Both the position numbers and the translations under genes were made by a program. A stretch of DNA of 64,000 nt, taken from positions 453 to 64,452 of the forward strand of contig LSSI01000089.1 in NCBI GenBank assembly GCA_001595945.1, written 5' to 3'. Below the pieces are notes generated by a model that saw only the letters and a list, made by a program, of their open reading frames with translations, searched no databases and had not been told where the DNA came from. Origin of the DNA: Thermoplasmatales archaeon SM1-50 (GTDB lineage: Archaea > Thermoplasmatota > E2 > DHVEG-1). Of this stretch, positions 61,810 through 64,000 are shown in pieces. The first letter of the stretch is position 1, and each line of letters opens with the position of its first letter.

Positions 61810-62037
61810 ATGATGCCAAAAGTAATCCTACATAATTCGATTAGCATCGATGGTTCACTTACTTCTTTTGAACCAGATATGGAGTTGCATTATCGGATCG
61901 CTGGATGGTACAAACCTGATGTCCCTTTGATTGGTTCGAATACCATCACAGCAGGTATAGAATTGTATGAGGGTGATATTCCAAAGGAGGAAATATCTGA
62001 TTTTAAAAAACCAAAACCGACTACACAAAAGTCATAA
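61810..62037 (+). pseudogene. Truncated RibD-family reductase (N-terminal 75 aa only)
   Basis: PKVILHNSISIDG and LIGSNT, then a stop just before the convergent gene. Confidence 0.7.
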
Positions 62038-62048
62038 GTAAAAAATTT

Positions 62049-62552
62049 TTATAAAATCCGTTCGAGTTTCCCAGCGAGTGGTGTCAGTAACGTAATATGT
62101 TTCTTTTCCTCTTTTATTAAAAATTCGAGATGCTTAAAAAACTGGTCTGAGTTGCTGCCTGTCCATATCTTTTTTAGAAATTCTTTATCTGTAAAAGTAT
62201 GCAATTTTGTATATAAATCCAGGGCGAGGTGCTCGTTTTTTAGCAGTTCTGTGATGATTTCCTCATCCCATTTTCCTTTAAAATCTATTTCTTTTTCCTT
62301 GAGACCCGCATAGTCTTCAAGGTTTTTCACTGTGACTTCTTTGAGGTGTGTGATGAGCTGTGTAAGAATTATTTTATGCTTTTCAGAGTCATGGGAGATT
62401 TGAAATAAGGCGTTTCTGTAATTTTCGTTTTTAATAGTCATATATGCCTGCCATTGCATGATGTTCTCAAACTGTGTCTCTAACCAGTAGGCTTTGCCAA
62501 AAAGGGATAAGAATTCTTCCTGTGTCGTGATTTTAAGGTCAGTATTGTTCAT
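62049..62552 (-). CDS. Ferritin-like domain protein
   Basis: E..(D)SEKH and E..EEKKH helix pairs; probable start MNNTD. Confidence 0.7.
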   Translation of the reverse strand: MNNTDLKITTQEEFLSLFGKAYWLETQFENIMQWQAYMTIKNENYRNALFQISHDSEKHKIILTQLITHLKEVTVKNLEDYAGLKEKEIDFKGKWDEEIITELLKNEHLALDLYTKLHTFTDKEFLKKIWTGSNSDQFFKHLEFLIKEEKKHITLLTPLAGKLERIL

Positions 62553-62635
62553 AGATGGTGTTATCTCATTTGCGGTATAAAACCCCTCTGTTTTTCTTTT
62601 CACGGAGCACATCACTCTTATATCCTCTCCTCGCT

Positions 62636-63346
62636 TCAGAATTTTTTATTGAAAAGGTAGAAGAGCAATCCAAGGAATATAAGATGAACGGAAAATCCGA
62701 TTCCAAGGTAGATACCATCATGGCTACCGGTCGTCAGTATTTTTTCTAGAGCATTAAATGTCCAGAAATTTGGGATAACACCAAGGATGTATTTCCAATC
62801 CCCAGCGATAAAAAAGGAAAATAACGGTAGGAAAAATACGCTGCCAAGCATCTTGAAAATCGCGAATGCTTGGATTTTGTTGCTTGCAAGGTTATTGACG
62901 ATGAGTGCGAGAATCGGAGCAAACAGGGAGAACAGTATAGCGATTGGGAGAAAGTCGATAAGGGAAATTTCGATTAACCCAGAGAGTAGGGGGAAGAAGA
63001 AAATAAAAACAAAGCAGAGACACATGATAAACATAATGCGGTAGAGAAGATAGCTGGTTCGGGAAATAGGCATGACTCTAAGGACTGTGAGGAGGTTTTC
63101 GTCTCGTTCGTCCATGATGAGAAATGCGATGATGAACCCGAAAATCATCGGAAAAAAAATAGCAAACATCATGAAAAGAAGCGAATAGTACCTCGTGAGA
63201 TCAAATACATTGTCAGATATCCAGGGGATGATAAGTCGACAAAGAATAACCAAAACAATGGGAAATACAAAGGCAGAATACAGCAAGATACGGTCTCTGA
63301 TGATGTTGCGTAGGTCGTTGGCCATGAGCTGTGTGATGGATACCAT
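62636..63346 (-). CDS. ABC-2 type exporter permease (fluoroquinolone-exporter-like)
   Basis: DERDENLLTVLRVMP, ASNKIQAFAIFK, multiple TM segments. Confidence 0.85.
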   Translation of the reverse strand: MVSITQLMANDLRNIIRDRILLYSAFVFPIVLVILCRLIIPWISDNVFDLTRYYSLLFMMFAIFFPMIFGFIIAFLIMDERDENLLTVLRVMPISRTSYLLYRIMFIMCLCFVFIFFFPLLSGLIEISLIDFLPIAILFSLFAPILALIVNNLASNKIQAFAIFKMLGSVFFLPLFSFFIAGDWKYILGVIPNFWTFNALEKILTTGSHDGIYLGIGFSVHLIFLGLLFYLFNKKF

Positions 63347-63348
63347 GG

Positions 63349-64000
63349 TTAGGATCCTCCCTGAATGATGTGCTTGTAGAACGCTTTGTGTGCGAGGTAG
63401 TAACATAACCCTATCCAGATGATGAGGTATGCTACCGCGTAGACGGTGTCGATGACCTCAATCTCAGTAAAAGTCCCTTTAAGTAAAAGGAACGACGCCT
63501 GGGTTGGCCAAAGGTAAAACAAGGTGTTTTCATAAATATGACTGGTATGTAACAGCGGTGGGAGAAAAATTACTATGAACGACAACATGATCATAAGGAG
63601 ATATTCGTTAAGGCTGCGACATCGAGAGACAAAAATAAACCCTATAAGAATAAGAAGAACGGATGTGAGTATTAGGCCGGCGAGGAAGTAGATGATGTTA
63701 AAATCAAAGCCTTGCGTGAGAAGGAGAAAAAGGATACCAGTAATAAGTGATAACAGGGTAAGTGAAATGATTTTTGAGAAGAAATAGGTGTTGATTTTTA
63801 TAGGTGTGACAATAAGTGCTTGTAGTGTGTTTTCTGTTTTTTCGAATAAAACTAATGCACCCACAAACATGATTCCGATGAGCATTGGGTCAAAAAAAAG
63901 AAATGTGGTACGCATTTCCAAAGAGTTCATCAGTGGCACGGCTTCAAGCATAAGGTAGTAAAGAATGACACTTGCAAAAGCGATATAGATGATTTTATAC
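63349..64000 (-). CDS. ABC-2 type exporter permease (5' end probably outside the window)
   Basis: FFDPMLIGIMFVGALVLFEK..LQALIVTP, multiple TM segments. Confidence 0.85.
   Translation of the reverse strand, partial: YKIIYIAFASVILYYLMLEAVPLMNSLEMRTTFLFFDPMLIGIMFVGALVLFEKTENTLQALIVTPIKINTYFFSKIISLTLLSLITGILFLLLTQGFDFNIIYFLAGLILTSVLLILIGFIFVSRCRSLNEYLLMIMLSFIVIFLPPLLHTSHIYENTLFYLWPTQASFLLLKGTFTEIEVIDTVYAVAYLIIWIGLCYYLAHKAFYKHIIQGGS

Noticed and set aside
1-64000. Genome-wide reassignment of TAG to an amino acid
   Set aside because: TAG ends several apparently complete genes (rqcH, MFS, DUF763), and the M28 pseudogene contains all three stop types

Overview
Archaeal chromosomal window. Pelota, an archaeal-type Rqc2/NFACT, DUF424, TATA-like promoters and oligo-T terminators indicate an archaeon. 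The heavy load of signal-peptide-bearing peptidases fits a peptide-scavenging sediment Thermoplasmatota such as Thermoprofundales/MBG-D (inferred). These peptidases are five gingipain-like C25 proteins, two M14, one intact and one decayed M28, a C15, a caspase-like protein and a transglutaminase-like protein. Housekeeping genes include purM, thiL, amrS, pelota, rqc2, an RNase III domain protein, an M29 aminopeptidase, two cyclophilins, dcd and fprA. The best candidates for undescribed biology are (1) a LuxE-like ligase / transglutaminase-like / MFS cluster whose transglutaminase has apparently swapped triad residues, (2) three recurring C-terminal modules on unrelated secreted proteins that suggest a lineage-specific surface-anchoring system, (3) a gingipain gene split by one in-frame TAG, (4) near-identical DNA patches between diverged C25 paralogs, and (5) an EamA-like transporter fused to an Lrp/AsnC ligand-binding domain. 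No rRNA, tRNA, CRISPR array or transposase was recognised. All family calls come from motif recognition by eye, not database searches.
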